Origin: Candidatus Aminicenantes bacterium
GTDB taxonomy: Bacteria > Acidobacteriota > Aminicenantia > UBA2199
NCBI GenBank assembly: GCA_018262835.1
Contig: JADFDP010000002.1
Span: 34,873 to 98,872, forward strand
Reading direction: 5' to 3'
Length of the DNA: 64,000 bases
Translations under genes and position numbers: made by a program
Shown here: piece after piece, positions 49,713 through 58,885 of the stretch
Numbering within the stretch: the first letter of the stretch is position 1
Layout of the letters: every line of letters starts with the position of its first letter
The notes under the pieces: generated by a model
The model's database searches: none
Told to the model about the DNA's origin: nothing
The model's input: only the letters and a program-made list of their open reading frames with translations

Positions 49713-50855
49713 TTATTTCAACCCGCCCAGCCGGCGTTGCTGGCGGCGCAGGATCCACTCGCTGGCCAGATTGGCGGCGAACGAGGTGAGCAGCAGGCAC
49801 AAAGCCAGGGCGAACAGCACATGGTAGCGGCCCGAGCCGAGCACCTGGTCGGCTTCCCCCATGTCGCCGGCGATGGTGGCGGTCAGGGTGCGCACCGGGC
49901 TGAGGAAATTAAACCATGGCGTCGGTATCTGGGCGGCATTGCCCGAGGCCATCCACACCACCATGGTCTCGCCTACGGCGCGCATCACTCCCAGGATGAC
50001 GGCGGCGATGATGCCGCTGCCGGCGGCGGGGATGATGACCTTGAACAGGGTTTCGGCCCGGGTGGCGCCCAGAGCGTAACTCCCTTCGCGCAACTCGCGT
50101 CCGGCCGCCTGCAGCGAATCCTCGGCCACGCTGACGATGGTGGGCAGGGCCATGATGCCCAGGATGATGGAGACGTTCAGGGCATTGGTGCCGCTGCCGA
50201 TCGCCACCTTGTTCAGTACGGCCGACAGCGCCAACAGCCCGCGGACCAGTATGGCGGTCAACGCGGCGGCGAGGATGAGGCGGGCCGCTTTGGCCACGTC
50301 CTCGCGGACAGAGCGCACCGCCATTTCACTGATCACGAAAATGATCAGCAGCCCCAGGGGCAGGGCGATGAGCCAGGCGGCCATCGACAGCAACGAGCCG
50401 CCGCGATTCTGCAGCAGCGGTGCGAAGATCACCAGGGCGAAGAAACCGTAGGCCACCGAGGGCAGGGCGGCCAGGATCTCGATGACCGGCTTGACCAGTT
50501 GTCTTACCCGGTAAGGCAGGATATCGCTCAGGGCGATGGCCGCCGCTATCCCCAAGGGGACCGCCACCAAGATGGATCCGAGGGTGACCAGGCCGCTGCC
50601 GATGAAGATGGCCAGGGCTCCGAATTCGGGGGGCTGGCCGCTGGGGAACCAGGCCGTGGAGGAAAAAAGCTCCTTAAGGCCGCGCAACTTAAAAAAAGGG
50701 ATGGCGTCGCGGGCGATATAGGCGATGATCAACAGCACGGCCACCAGCGACAAGGCGGTGGCCAGCAACAGGAAGCCTTGGGAAAAAAAGGCGGTCAGCC
50801 GCCGCAGGCGGCTGGCCGCTTCGCTCATTATAAGGTTGCGTTCGTCAGTTTTCAC
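49713..50855 (-). CDS. pstC: Phosphate ABC transporter permease PstC
   Basis: 380 aa polytopic BPD_transp_1 permease with the motif EGSYALGATRAETLFKVI. It lies immediately downstream of pstS. Confidence 0.85.
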   Translation of the reverse strand: MKTDERNLIMSEAASRLRRLTAFFSQGFLLLATALSLVAVLLIIAYIARDAIPFFKLRGLKELFSSTAWFPSGQPPEFGALAIFIGSGLVTLGSILVAVPLGIAAAIALSDILPYRVRQLVKPVIEILAALPSVAYGFFALVIFAPLLQNRGGSLLSMAAWLIALPLGLLIIFVISEMAVRSVREDVAKAARLILAAALTAILVRGLLALSAVLNKVAIGSGTNALNVSIILGIMALPTIVSVAEDSLQAAGRELREGSYALGATRAETLFKVIIPAAGSGIIAAVILGVMRAVGETMVVWMASGNAAQIPTPWFNFLSPVRTLTATIAGDMGEADQVLGSGRYHVLFALALCLLLTSFAANLASEWILRRQQRRLGGLK

Positions 50856-50871
50856 AGGTTGCCGCAGGGCA

Positions 50872-51696
50872 TCAATAGCTGGTGACCGGGATGAAGCCGA
50901 TCTCCTCGATCATGGTCTGGCCCTTCTTGGACAGGTAGAGATTGATGTAACGGTAGAGGTGCGAGCCCATCTTGGGATAGTCGTTGGTAACCATATACAG
51001 CGGACGGGCGATGGGGTAGCTGCCGTTCTTGACCGTCTCGGCGGAAGGGATGACATTGTCGATGGGCAGGGCCTTGACCGTACTGTCCAGAAAGCCGATG
51101 CCCACGTAGCCGAGGGCGGATGTGGTGCTCTGCACGCGCTGGCGGATCGCACCGTTGGAGCCCACGTATTCGCAGTTCTTGGCGATCTTCTCGCCCTTCA
51201 TCACCTTGCCCTCAAAGGTCTCGTAGGTGCCGCTGTTGGTGTCGCGCGAGATGATGACGATGGGGGCGTTGGGGCCGCCGAGCTGGCTCCAGTTCCTGAT
51301 CTTGCCCAGGTAGATGTCCTTGACCTGGGCCATGGACAGCTTGGCCACGGGGTTGCTGGGGTGGACGATCATGGCGATGCCGTCCAGGGCCACGACATGG
51401 ACCACGGGCAGGATCTCCGAGTGCACCGCGGCCTCGTACTCGTTCAGTTTCAGCAGCCGCGACATGGTGGCCACGTCGCACGATTTGTTGACCAGGCTCT
51501 TGGCGCCGTTGCCCGAGCCGGATTCGGACACGGTAATGTTGACGCCCGGGTTCTGCTTCATGTAGAACTCGGCGAAGGCCTTGGCGATGGGGCCCACGGT
51601 GGTGGAGCCGTCGGCCACGATCTTGCTGGAGTCGGCGGCGAAGCCGAGGCCGCCGGCCAGAAAGGCCAGGGTGAGAATAGCGGATAGGATCTTCAT
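50872..51696 (-). CDS. pstS: Phosphate-binding protein PstS
   Basis: The start is at MKILSAILTLAFLAGG (signal peptide), preceded by the RBS aggaga. ...GSTTVGPIAKAFAEFY...SGSGNG...TNSGTYETF... are PstS/PBP-2-type motifs. The long upstream in-frame extension is non-coding read-through of the ORF finder. Confidence 0.85.
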   Translation of the reverse strand: MKILSAILTLAFLAGGLGFAADSSKIVADGSTTVGPIAKAFAEFYMKQNPGVNITVSESGSGNGAKSLVNKSCDVATMSRLLKLNEYEAAVHSEILPVVHVVALDGIAMIVHPSNPVAKLSMAQVKDIYLGKIRNWSQLGGPNAPIVIISRDTNSGTYETFEGKVMKGEKIAKNCEYVGSNGAIRQRVQSTTSALGYVGIGFLDSTVKALPIDNVIPSAETVKNGSYPIARPLYMVTNDYPKMGSHLYRYINLYLSKKGQTMIEEIGFIPVTSY

Positions 51697-51721
51697 GTTT
51701 TTCTCCTTAATCTTAACTATC

Positions 51722-52732
51722 TTAGAACTGATAATACCAGGTGATGTTGAAATAGGTGTCGCTGGCCGGCTTGACGCCGTTGTTTTCCTTGTAGGAGACC
51801 ATCTTGATATTGGGCATGATCTGGAACTTGGGGTGGATGTTCCAGGCCAGGCCGAAGATGGCCAGGTTGGTCTTGTAGCCCTTCTCGATGAGCAGGTAGT
51901 CGCCCTGGCCATGGAGCTGCGGGTCCATGCTCATGTCGTAGCGCGCCACGGCCTCGAACTTCTTGCCGAGCTTGGCCACGGCAAAAGCGGAGAGAACGGC
52001 CATGTTGGCATCGTCCTTGCCGTCTTCCTTGACCATTTCCTGGCCGAAGTTCACGCCCAGGCGGCCCCAATCGTCCTTGTAGCCGACAAAGCCCTGGATC
52101 AGGGAGGAGGTCTTGACTCCGGACACGGTGCTGATGTCGCCGTTGACCTCGACCAGCAGCTTGGGGGTGACGTTGACGAAGAAGCGGGCGCCGACCTGCT
52201 TGTACTTGTCGGTCTCGTTCTTGTTGCCCGAGTAGTTGCCGTACTGCACGCTGTAGTTGAACTTCTTGGCGGCATCGAGCGCGCCGCTGAAATCGATGGC
52301 GAAGTCGCGCGAAGAGCGGTTCTTGTACAGGTCGAACATGGTCTTCTCGAGGTGGCGGTAGCCGTAGAACTTCTCGATGTTGGCGAAGGCCAGGCTGTCC
52401 TGGATGCCGACGGTGAGCTTGTGCAGCGGGGCATACTGGTAGGAGATGTAGGCGTCCTTCAGATAGGGGGTGATGTTCGCAGCCGAGGTGCTGAAGCTGC
52501 CGGGGCTGTTGAGTTCCAGGCGGGCGCGGGCCTTGAACTTGTCCGAGATGTCGCTCTCGTAAGTGATGTAGACGCGGCGCAGCCAGAAGCCGTTGAGGTC
52601 TTCCAGCTCGGCCTTGTGGTTTTTGAGCACGAAGTAGTAGTCGCCGAAGGCATATGCCGAGATGGCGGCGGGAAGCTTTGCGGCGCTCAAGACGAACAGG
52701 GCCAGCAGGGTGAACAGAATGATTCGTTTCAT
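51722..52732 (-). CDS. Outer-membrane beta-barrel porin, probably phosphate-selective (OprO/OprP-like), heading the pst operon
   Basis: Signal peptide MKRIILFTLLALFVLSA. Alternating amphipathic beta-strand pattern throughout. Aromatic C-terminus ...NITWYYQF. It lies directly upstream of pstS in the same orientation. Confidence 0.65.
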   Translation of the reverse strand: MKRIILFTLLALFVLSAAKLPAAISAYAFGDYYFVLKNHKAELEDLNGFWLRRVYITYESDISDKFKARARLELNSPGSFSTSAANITPYLKDAYISYQYAPLHKLTVGIQDSLAFANIEKFYGYRHLEKTMFDLYKNRSSRDFAIDFSGALDAAKKFNYSVQYGNYSGNKNETDKYKQVGARFFVNVTPKLLVEVNGDISTVSGVKTSSLIQGFVGYKDDWGRLGVNFGQEMVKEDGKDDANMAVLSAFAVAKLGKKFEAVARYDMSMDPQLHGQGDYLLIEKGYKTNLAIFGLAWNIHPKFQIMPNIKMVSYKENNGVKPASDTYFNITWYYQF

Positions 52733-52823
52733 TTTTTTTCCTCCGAAAAAATTTGCGTTTCCGCCTGGAGTATCACCTGGAGCGATTAAGATGAAATAAA
52801 AATCGGGTTAATTTTCAGTTAAT

Positions 52824-52882
52824 AAAAAATTAATTTGTTAACAAAAAATTAACTTTGTTTTAAAATGAAATTAACGGTTTCC
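52824..52882. promoter_or_regulatory. Three direct repeats (AAAAATTAAYTTTGTT-like) in the AT-rich divergent promoter region between the porin-pst operon and arsC; candidate Pho boxes
   Basis: aaaaaattaatttgtta (52824-52840) and aaaaaattaactttgttt (52843-52860), with a degenerate third copy aaattaacggttt (52868-52880). Start-to-start spacing is 19 nt then about 23 nt (about two helical turns), as expected for OmpR/PhoB-family tandem binding. Confidence 0.35.
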
Positions 52883-52909
52883 GCTTATCATGCTGCTGAA
52901 GGAGTGAAA

Positions 52910-53335
52910 ATGGACAAGATCAAGGTTCTTTTCATTTGCGTGCACAACTCGGCCCGCAGCCAGATGGCCGAAGCCTTCCTGAACCTATACGGCGGTGAAC
53001 GCTTCGCGGCCGAAAGTGCCGGACTGGAGCCCGGGACTCTCAACCCGCTGGTGGTAAAAGCCATGGGTGAGATCGGCATTGATATCTCCGCCCAAAAAAC
53101 CCGCAGTGCTTTCGATCTGCTTCGTCAGGGAAAATGGTATGGCTGGGTGATCACGGTCTGCGACGAGAGCCAGGCCGAAGCCTGCCCGATCTTCCCCGGC
53201 GCTGGGAGGCGCTCCCATTGGGGATTCCCCGACCCGGCCGCGTTCACGGGCAGCGAGGACGAGAAGCTGGAGCAGGTGCGCAAACTGCGCGACCATATCG
53301 CTGCCAAAGTCAGGGAATGGCTGAAAGAGACTTAA
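52910..53335 (+). CDS. arsC: Arsenate reductase, thioredoxin-coupled LMW-PTP family (ArsC)
   Basis: The P-loop CVHNSARS (CX5R(S/T)) is present. The downstream Cys pair in ...[14 protein letters not shown]... matches Gram-positive-type ArsC. The start is taken at MDKIK after the RBS ggag. Confidence 0.75.
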   Translation: MDKIKVLFICVHNSARSQMAEAFLNLYGGERFAAESAGLEPGTLNPLVVKAMGEIGIDISAQKTRSAFDLLRQGKWYGWVITVCDESQAEACPIFPGAGRRSHWGFPDPAAFTGSEDEKLEQVRKLRDHIAAKVREWLKET

Positions 53336-53396
53336 GCCGGGGGGTTTTATAAATCGTCTTCAGGAAGAAGGGAAAAAGTGCATGGATCGGCGGCTG

Positions 53397-54050
53397 TTAA
53401 GATTTTCCAGTCTGCCGGCAGCGGCTTTGCACGATCCGGGCCAGTGCGTACAGGAAAATGTCGCTGCGCCGTGTGCGGCGGATGTCGTGGCGCCGGATCT
53501 CGAACCAGAAACAACACAGTTGTTGCAAAACCAGACACAAGGCGGAAATGGTGCCGGCTGCGTCGCCTCCGCCCCTGGCGGCTTGTTCCTTCAAATCGCG
53601 GTTCACCGCGATGATCCGTTCCTGGTAGTCCCAGACATTGCCGCCGTTGAAGCGGTGCATGTGATGGGTCTCCTGGAAAACGGCGTTCTTGACATCTTCT
53701 TCCAAAAGCAGATCCGCCTCATAGCGGATGAATTCCCTGAATTGTTCGGCTGGATTGACCGGTTCCTCGTTGATTTCGTCGTTTTTCGGAATATGGGTCA
53801 TGAAGCTGAGCAGGTACTGCAGGAGTTGACAGACTTTTTCGGATCTTTCTTTGCGGCGAAAAAATTGTTCCAGGTCGGCGGGCGACAAGACCGGGCTGGA
53901 ACGCTCCGCCAGCACCTCGCCCTGGCTGGCCTCCATTTTTTTCAGGAAATGGTTTGCCTCCTGCTTCAACCACGCGATTTTTTCCGGCCGGTTGAAGTTT
54001 TCCACGGCGAAAATTTGATCGATCTTCATTTGCCCGCTTAAACCGGTCAT
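53397..54050 (-). CDS. Hypothetical protein
   Basis: 217 aa. The minus-strand frame is K/E-rich and protein-like. The overlapping plus-strand 219-aa ORF has the composition of a GC-rich antisense artefact. I can identify no domain. Confidence 0.4.
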   Translation of the reverse strand: MTGLSGQMKIDQIFAVENFNRPEKIAWLKQEANHFLKKMEASQGEVLAERSSPVLSPADLEQFFRRKERSEKVCQLLQYLLSFMTHIPKNDEINEEPVNPAEQFREFIRYEADLLLEEDVKNAVFQETHHMHRFNGGNVWDYQERIIAVNRDLKEQAARGGGDAAGTISALCLVLQQLCCFWFEIRRHDIRRTRRSDIFLYALARIVQSRCRQTGKS

Positions 54051-54052
54051 GT

Positions 54053-54259
54053 TCAGGCGGGATTGGAAAGGTTTTCGTTCTGATACAGTTCCTCCACTGA
54101 AAAGCAGTCTTTTTTAAACAGGATCTGGCCGCATTTGGGGCAGACCCGGGGTAATTCGTGCAGCGATTGATATGCGAAATCCTGATGTTCGTCGTAGACT
54201 TCTTCGAATAGCAATTCGTTTTCGTCGCGCGGGCAATAATACAGGGTTTTGGCTTTCAT
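54053..54259 (-). CDS. Small Cys-containing hypothetical protein (about 68 aa)
   Basis: The start is taken at MKAKTLYYCPRD...VCPKCGQ. The longer version would run over the palindromic operator repeats. Zinc-ribbon-like CPKC motif. Confidence 0.35.
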   Translation of the reverse strand: MKAKTLYYCPRDENELLFEEVYDEHQDFAYQSLHELPRVCPKCGQILFKKDCFSVEELYQNENLSNPA

Positions 54260-54362
54260 ATGAAGAATCATGCAAAACATGTGCCAAATAGGGGCTGGTC
54301 CTGAAACCATTGTCTGCTTGTTGTTTTCGCTTTCACGACTTCCGGACCCAGGCAGCGCCGGT

Positions 54363-54519
54363 GTCCCAATTTGGGACACTCGCCGGAGCGATGCGTCAAA
54401 AGCCTTTCTGGCAAGGCCCGCCGGAGCCCGGGATCTGTCCCATTTTGGGATGGAAAGGGCATTTGCCGTAAATGGCCTGTCAGACTGGGTTTTCGACCGT
54501 CATTGTCCCATTTTGGGAC
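54363..54519. promoter_or_regulatory. Three copies of a 15-bp palindrome GTCCCA(A/T)TTTGGGA(C/T) spaced about 7 helical turns apart; candidate operator array
   Basis: gtcccaatttgggac at 54363-54377, gtcccattttgggat at 54437-54451, and gtcccattttgggac at 54505-54519. Each has 6-7-nt perfectly complementary arms around a 1-3-nt centre. Located upstream of the 54689 operon. Confidence 0.5.
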
Positions 54520-54688
54520 GACCATGCGGCGGGTCTGCGCCGGATTTGCTTTTTTATAAAAAAAATTGTATAATTCATATATAGAAATGATGATTTTAAT
54601 GAAATTAGGAAAATTTTCAATTATATAAAAACAATCAATTATCCCTGAAATTGATTTTTTTCGAGATGATTGGTTGCCAGGAGGATGC

Positions 54689-56092
54689 ATGATATTTTTT
54701 AAAATGCCAAAGTTGATCATCGGCAACCGTACCGCTTCCCTGCCCATCGTCCAGGGCGGCATGGGGGTGGGGATCTCCCTTTCCGGCCTGGCGGCGGCAG
54801 TGGCGGCGCAGGGCGGCATCGGGGTCATCGCCGCCAACGGCATCGGCATGATCGAGCCCGATTACTACGAAGACGGCCGGAAGGCCAATATCAAGGCCCT
54901 GCGCAGCGAGATTCGCAAGGCCCGGAACCGCACATCAGGCCTGATCGGCGTCAACATCATGGTGGCGGCCAACGATTTCCAGCAGCTCCTGGACGTGGCC
55001 ATTGAAGAAAAAGCCGATGCCCTTTTCATGGGGGCGGGCTTGCCGATCAAGAACATCCCGGTGGCCAAGATCCGCGCCGCCAATGTCCTGGTGATCCCCA
55101 TTGTCTCTTCGGGCCGCGCCGCGGAGCTCATTTTCAAATATTGGGAAAAGACCTATGGCGATGTCCCCGACGCAGTGGTGGTCGAGGGTCCTATGGCCGG
55201 GGGGCATCTGGGCTTCAAAGCAGACCAGTTGGAGAATCCAGAACAGGCGCTGGAAATTCTCGTTCCCCAGGTCGTCGCCGCCGTTGCCCGTTTTCAGGAA
55301 ACCTTTCATAAAAAAATTCCGGTCATCGCCGCCGGGGGCATCTTCACCGGTGAAGATATCCTGCGCTTCCTGCAGCTGGGGGCGCAGGGTGTGCAGATGG
55401 CGACTCGCTTCGTGGCCACCGACGAGTGCGACGCCGATCCGCGTTTCAAAGAGGCGTATCTCAAATGCCGGCCTCAGGATATTGTCATCATCAAGAGTCC
55501 GGTCGGGCTGCCCGGACGGGCCATCCGCAACCATTTTCTGGACAATGCCGCCGCCGGCGTGCGCAATGTCAACCGCTGCGCCTGGCGCTGCCTGGACCAG
55601 TGCGATATCCAGCACGCCGACTATTGCATCTCGGCCGCCTTGGACAACGCCCGCCAGGGCTTGCTGGACCAGGGCTTCGCCTTTTGCGGCGCCAACGCCT
55701 ACCGCGTGGAAAAGATCGTTCCCGTGGCCGAATTGCTGGAAAGCTTGAAATATGAATATGAAGCGGCCTTTGTGCAGAGCCTGGTCACACTGAAGGACGA
55801 ATATGTCAAGGCGATCGAAAGAAAGTTCGCCGGGCTGCAGCAGGATTACCTGCAGGCCAGGCAGCGCTTCGTTCTCTTGCGCGCCGAAGCCGGCAAGGCC
55901 TGGGATATCCGCAAGGATTCGCTGCGTGAAGATTATGAAAGGGCCCAGGCCCTGTTCGAGAATTTGAAGGGCGAATACGAGACCGCCATGAAGAAATTGA
56001 ATTCGCTTAAGGAGCGCTTCCCGGAAAAACTCGCCGAACTGCAGGAGATCGCCCGCCGCTTCCAGGCGGAGCCGGCATTGAAGACGATCTAG
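54689..56092 (+). CDS. Nitronate monooxygenase / FabK-like FMN oxidoreductase with a roughly 120-aa C-terminal coiled-coil extension
   Basis: NMO-family motifs are present: ...LPIVQGGMGVGIS...GVIAANGIGM...VVEGPMAGGHLGF...IAAGGIFTGED... The C-terminal 120 aa are heptad-rich (…LKDEYVKAIERKFAGLQQDYLQARQRF…). RBS ggagg at 54681. Confidence 0.75.
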   Translation: MIFFKMPKLIIGNRTASLPIVQGGMGVGISLSGLAAAVAAQGGIGVIAANGIGMIEPDYYEDGRKANIKALRSEIRKARNRTSGLIGVNIMVAANDFQQLLDVAIEEKADALFMGAGLPIKNIPVAKIRAANVLVIPIVSSGRAAELIFKYWEKTYGDVPDAVVVEGPMAGGHLGFKADQLENPEQALEILVPQVVAAVARFQETFHKKIPVIAAGGIFTGEDILRFLQLGAQGVQMATRFVATDECDADPRFKEAYLKCRPQDIVIIKSPVGLPGRAIRNHFLDNAAAGVRNVNRCAWRCLDQCDIQHADYCISAALDNARQGLLDQGFAFCGANAYRVEKIVPVAELLESLKYEYEAAFVQSLVTLKDEYVKAIERKFAGLQQDYLQARQRFVLLRAEAGKAWDIRKDSLREDYERAQALFENLKGEYETAMKKLNSLKERFPEKLAELQEIARRFQAEPALKTI

Positions 56093-56176
56093 GACAGGTC
56101 AGTTCCGCCGCCCGTACCGGGCACTCCCGGGATTGCCAACGATCTCCCGTTCAGGTATACTTCCGGCGGAGGGGCC

Positions 56177-56929
56177 ATGAAAAAATCAATCGTATGGATC
56201 TTGTCCATATTTACTCTGACGTTTGCGGCCAGGGGCGCGGACGGTGATCCCAGCCGCTGGACGGCCGAACTGGAAGGGGGCGCCGTGTTCTCGGGCTACA
56301 ATGATGCGCGCATCCCCAATGTCGGTGGCACCCTGGTCTCTCTTTCAAGGGACCTGGACATCGCGCCCAAGGCATATTACCGTCTGCGCCTTTCGTACGC
56401 GATCTCGCGGCGCCACGAGCTCTCCCTGCTGTACGCGCCGCTGACCCTGAAGGCAAAGGGGACGCTGCCGGTCGCGGTCCATTTTACCGGCGTCCTGTTC
56501 CCGTCGGGGGTGGGCGTGGACGGCATCTATACCTTCAACTCCTATCGCCTTACCTACCGCTATCGTCTGGTGGACCGGGCGCGCCTGCGCCTGGATATCG
56601 GCTTCACCGCCAAGATCCGCGACGCCGAGATCGCGCTGGCCGCGCCGGGCCTCAATGCCAGCAAGACCAACGTCGGCTTCGTGCCGCTACTGCACTTGCG
56701 CCTGGGCTGGGACTGGAATGAGAAGCTGGGCCTGCTGCTGGAAGCCGACGGCGCCGCCGCCAAGCAGGGGCGCGCCGAGGACGTGCTGCTGGCGCTGACC
56801 TGGCGGCTCTCGCCCCGGGCGCAGCTTCGTTTCGGCTACCGTTTCGTCGAAGGCGGCGCCGATGTCGACGAAGTCTACAACTTCGCCTGGATCCACTATG
56901 TCGCCGCCGGGCTGGTTTTCAACTTCTAG
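56177..56929 (+). CDS. Small outer-membrane beta-barrel protein
   Basis: Signal peptide MKKSIVWILSIFTLTFAA. Alternating hydrophobic beta-strand pattern. C-terminus ...AAGLVFNF with a terminal aromatic residue typical of OMP barrels. Confidence 0.6.
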   Translation: MKKSIVWILSIFTLTFAARGADGDPSRWTAELEGGAVFSGYNDARIPNVGGTLVSLSRDLDIAPKAYYRLRLSYAISRRHELSLLYAPLTLKAKGTLPVAVHFTGVLFPSGVGVDGIYTFNSYRLTYRYRLVDRARLRLDIGFTAKIRDAEIALAAPGLNASKTNVGFVPLLHLRLGWDWNEKLGLLLEADGAAAKQGRAEDVLLALTWRLSPRAQLRFGYRFVEGGADVDEVYNFAWIHYVAAGLVFNF

Positions 56930-57034
56930 ACCTGCTTTTCCCATGCCTGCCTGGTCGGCTGCCCCTTGAGCTTGCCAGGAGGGTCGCGGGGCTGGAAATG
57001 AACCCGGCCGGGAATGCGCCGGAAGGAACGAAAA

Positions 57035-58885
57035 ATGGACGATGTGTTGAAGACGGCGAAGAGTTGCAGGCATTATGCCATGTGCAAGATCGATTTTCTG
57101 GGTACGGGGTTGTGCAGGGCGGGAGAGGAAAAACATTTTGTCAGCTTTTATCCCCAGGGGCGGATGGATCTCTACGCGGCCCTGGCGGAGAACAGGATCC
57201 CTATTACCGAAAAGTGTGTCGAGATCGCGGAGAGCTGCGACCTCTGCGGCAAATGCGACTACCAGTGCTATTTTGTGACGGAAATGAAACCGACTGCCGT
57301 GATGAAGGCTTTGAAGGAGCATATAAGGCTTCACCTGGAGAACGGCGGGGATGTGCTGGCCGCTGAAAAAGACAGCATCCTGGATGGAATCAAAGAAATA
57401 GTGGGTGACGATTGGGCAACAAACGACCGGGCGATCGCCCTTACCTATTCTCATGATCCTTGCCCGGCCGCTGAGCCGCGCCTGCCTGATTATATTGCCA
57501 TGCCGGGTTCAAGCGCCGAAATTTCGGCCGTGATTCAGCTTCTGAATCGTCATGGAATTCCTTATGCCGTAAGGGGGAACGGATCCAGTGTGATGGGTTT
57601 CGTCATGAGCGAAGGCGCGGTGATCGACCTGGGCAGAATGAAGGCCATCGTCTTTGACGAGAAGAACTGGCTGGTTAAAGTGGGCCCCGGCGTCGCCGCA
57701 TTCGATCTTCAGAAAGCGGCCGTGAAGCGCGGATTCAGGGTAAATGCTGCCGAGCCTTCGGCGCTGGTTTGCGCCAATATCATGTGTTCGGGAATATTCT
57801 CGACATTCTCGGCGAGCTACGGTACGGCAGCGGATAATTACATCGATGCCGAATTTGTTGGGCACGACGGCAGCGTGTTCAGGCTGAGCGATCCGTCTGC
57901 ACCCAACCTTTTTGGATTCCGGCGGGCGGATTCGGCGCTGCCGGGGATATGCTCATCTGCCAGTATCAGGCTTCACCCTGTCCCTGCCGATGAAGGCGCC
58001 GCGTTTGTTCCATTTGCGTCCCTCGAGCGGGCGCTTGATTTTGCCAGGGAGTGCGCCGGACGCCGCATCGGACTCGCCATCGGCGTGCTGGGCGGAGAAT
58101 ATGTTTCGGTTTTTCTCTCTCCCACGAAAAAACTTGCGGCAGAGGTGAAGGATGCCTTCAGGGACAAATTGAAGATGGAATACCTTGTCCTGGTGATCGG
58201 GGACAAATACGCACTCCATTCCATAAAAGCGATGGGATATCCCTACTTCGACAATCGCATGATCAGGATCCTGAACCTGGGGCTCCCCGCGCTCACCTCG
58301 GCCAAATGGCTTGACCTGATGGATGAGCTTGCCGACGATAAACCGTTTTCCTATCTGGGACTTGCCCATTTCCCTGACCTGGCCGAGGCGGCGCTCGCTC
58401 CATCTTCCGCCCAGCTTGTAGGCGATGTTGACCCGGAACTGCGGCCATTCTTCGAGAAGCTTTATGCCAGGCCCGAGATGACCGACCCGGTGTGGCTGAA
58501 CATGTTCCGGATCGTCAGCGCGCGCATGGGGCGTGAAAAGCACGTGGTGGCCATGATCATCTATCTCCCGATAGACCATACGCTCATTGCCGGGATTGGC
58601 CGCGAGTTCAAGCGCATCGCGGACAGCCACGGGCTGAAGAACGATTTCGGCTTCATCACCCCTCTTGACGACGGCAAGCGCTGCGTGTTCGAGTACGACT
58701 ATTACCTTGATCAGAACGACCCGCGTGAAAAAATAAAGATGCGCCAGGCCATGATGGAAACCGGGATGATGATAGAGAAGTTTTCAGCCGCGACCGGGAC
58801 CGTCACCTGGATCCGCCATGTGTTCTGCCAGGGGTTCAGCAGGAAGGAGAGTTTTCTCTATTCGGGAGCCGGTACTGGCCCATGA
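57035..58885 (+). CDS. FAD-linked oxidase (FAD_binding_4 / PCMH type) with an N-terminal Cys-rich, probable 4Fe-4S region
   Basis: The N-terminus contains CRHYAMC...C and a ferredoxin-like CDLCGKCDYQC (C-x2-C-x2-C-x3-C). The FAD-binding domain follows: ...IAMPGSSAEISAVIQLLNRHGIPYAVRGNGSSVMG...VKVGPGV... The start is at MDDVLK after the RBS ggaagg. Confidence 0.7.
   Translation: MDDVLKTAKSCRHYAMCKIDFLGTGLCRAGEEKHFVSFYPQGRMDLYAALAENRIPITEKCVEIAESCDLCGKCDYQCYFVTEMKPTAVMKALKEHIRLHLENGGDVLAAEKDSILDGIKEIVGDDWATNDRAIALTYSHDPCPAAEPRLPDYIAMPGSSAEISAVIQLLNRHGIPYAVRGNGSSVMGFVMSEGAVIDLGRMKAIVFDEKNWLVKVGPGVAAFDLQKAAVKRGFRVNAAEPSALVCANIMCSGIFSTFSASYGTAADNYIDAEFVGHDGSVFRLSDPSAPNLFGFRRADSALPGICSSASIRLHPVPADEGAAFVPFASLERALDFARECAGRRIGLAIGVLGGEYVSVFLSPTKKLAAEVKDAFRDKLKMEYLVLVIGDKYALHSIKAMGYPYFDNRMIRILNLGLPALTSAKWLDLMDELADDKPFSYLGLAHFPDLAEAALAPSSAQLVGDVDPELRPFFEKLYARPEMTDPVWLNMFRIVSARMGREKHVVAMIIYLPIDHTLIAGIGREFKRIADSHGLKNDFGFITPLDDGKRCVFEYDYYLDQNDPREKIKMRQAMMETGMMIEKFSAATGTVTWIRHVFCQGFSRKESFLYSGAGTGP

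Noticed and set aside
50725-52789. 320-aa and 402-aa plus-strand ORFs over pstS and the porin gene
   Set aside because: They are antisense to a signal-peptide-bearing PstS and a beta-barrel porin. Their G/A/D/V-rich composition is an artefact.
53382-54041. 219-aa plus-strand ORF
   Set aside because: It competes with the minus-strand 217-aa ORF across the same DNA. The plus frame has an A/G/V/L/Q-rich antisense-type composition, while the minus frame is K/E-rich and co-directional with the adjacent small gene. I kept the minus frame, but with low confidence.
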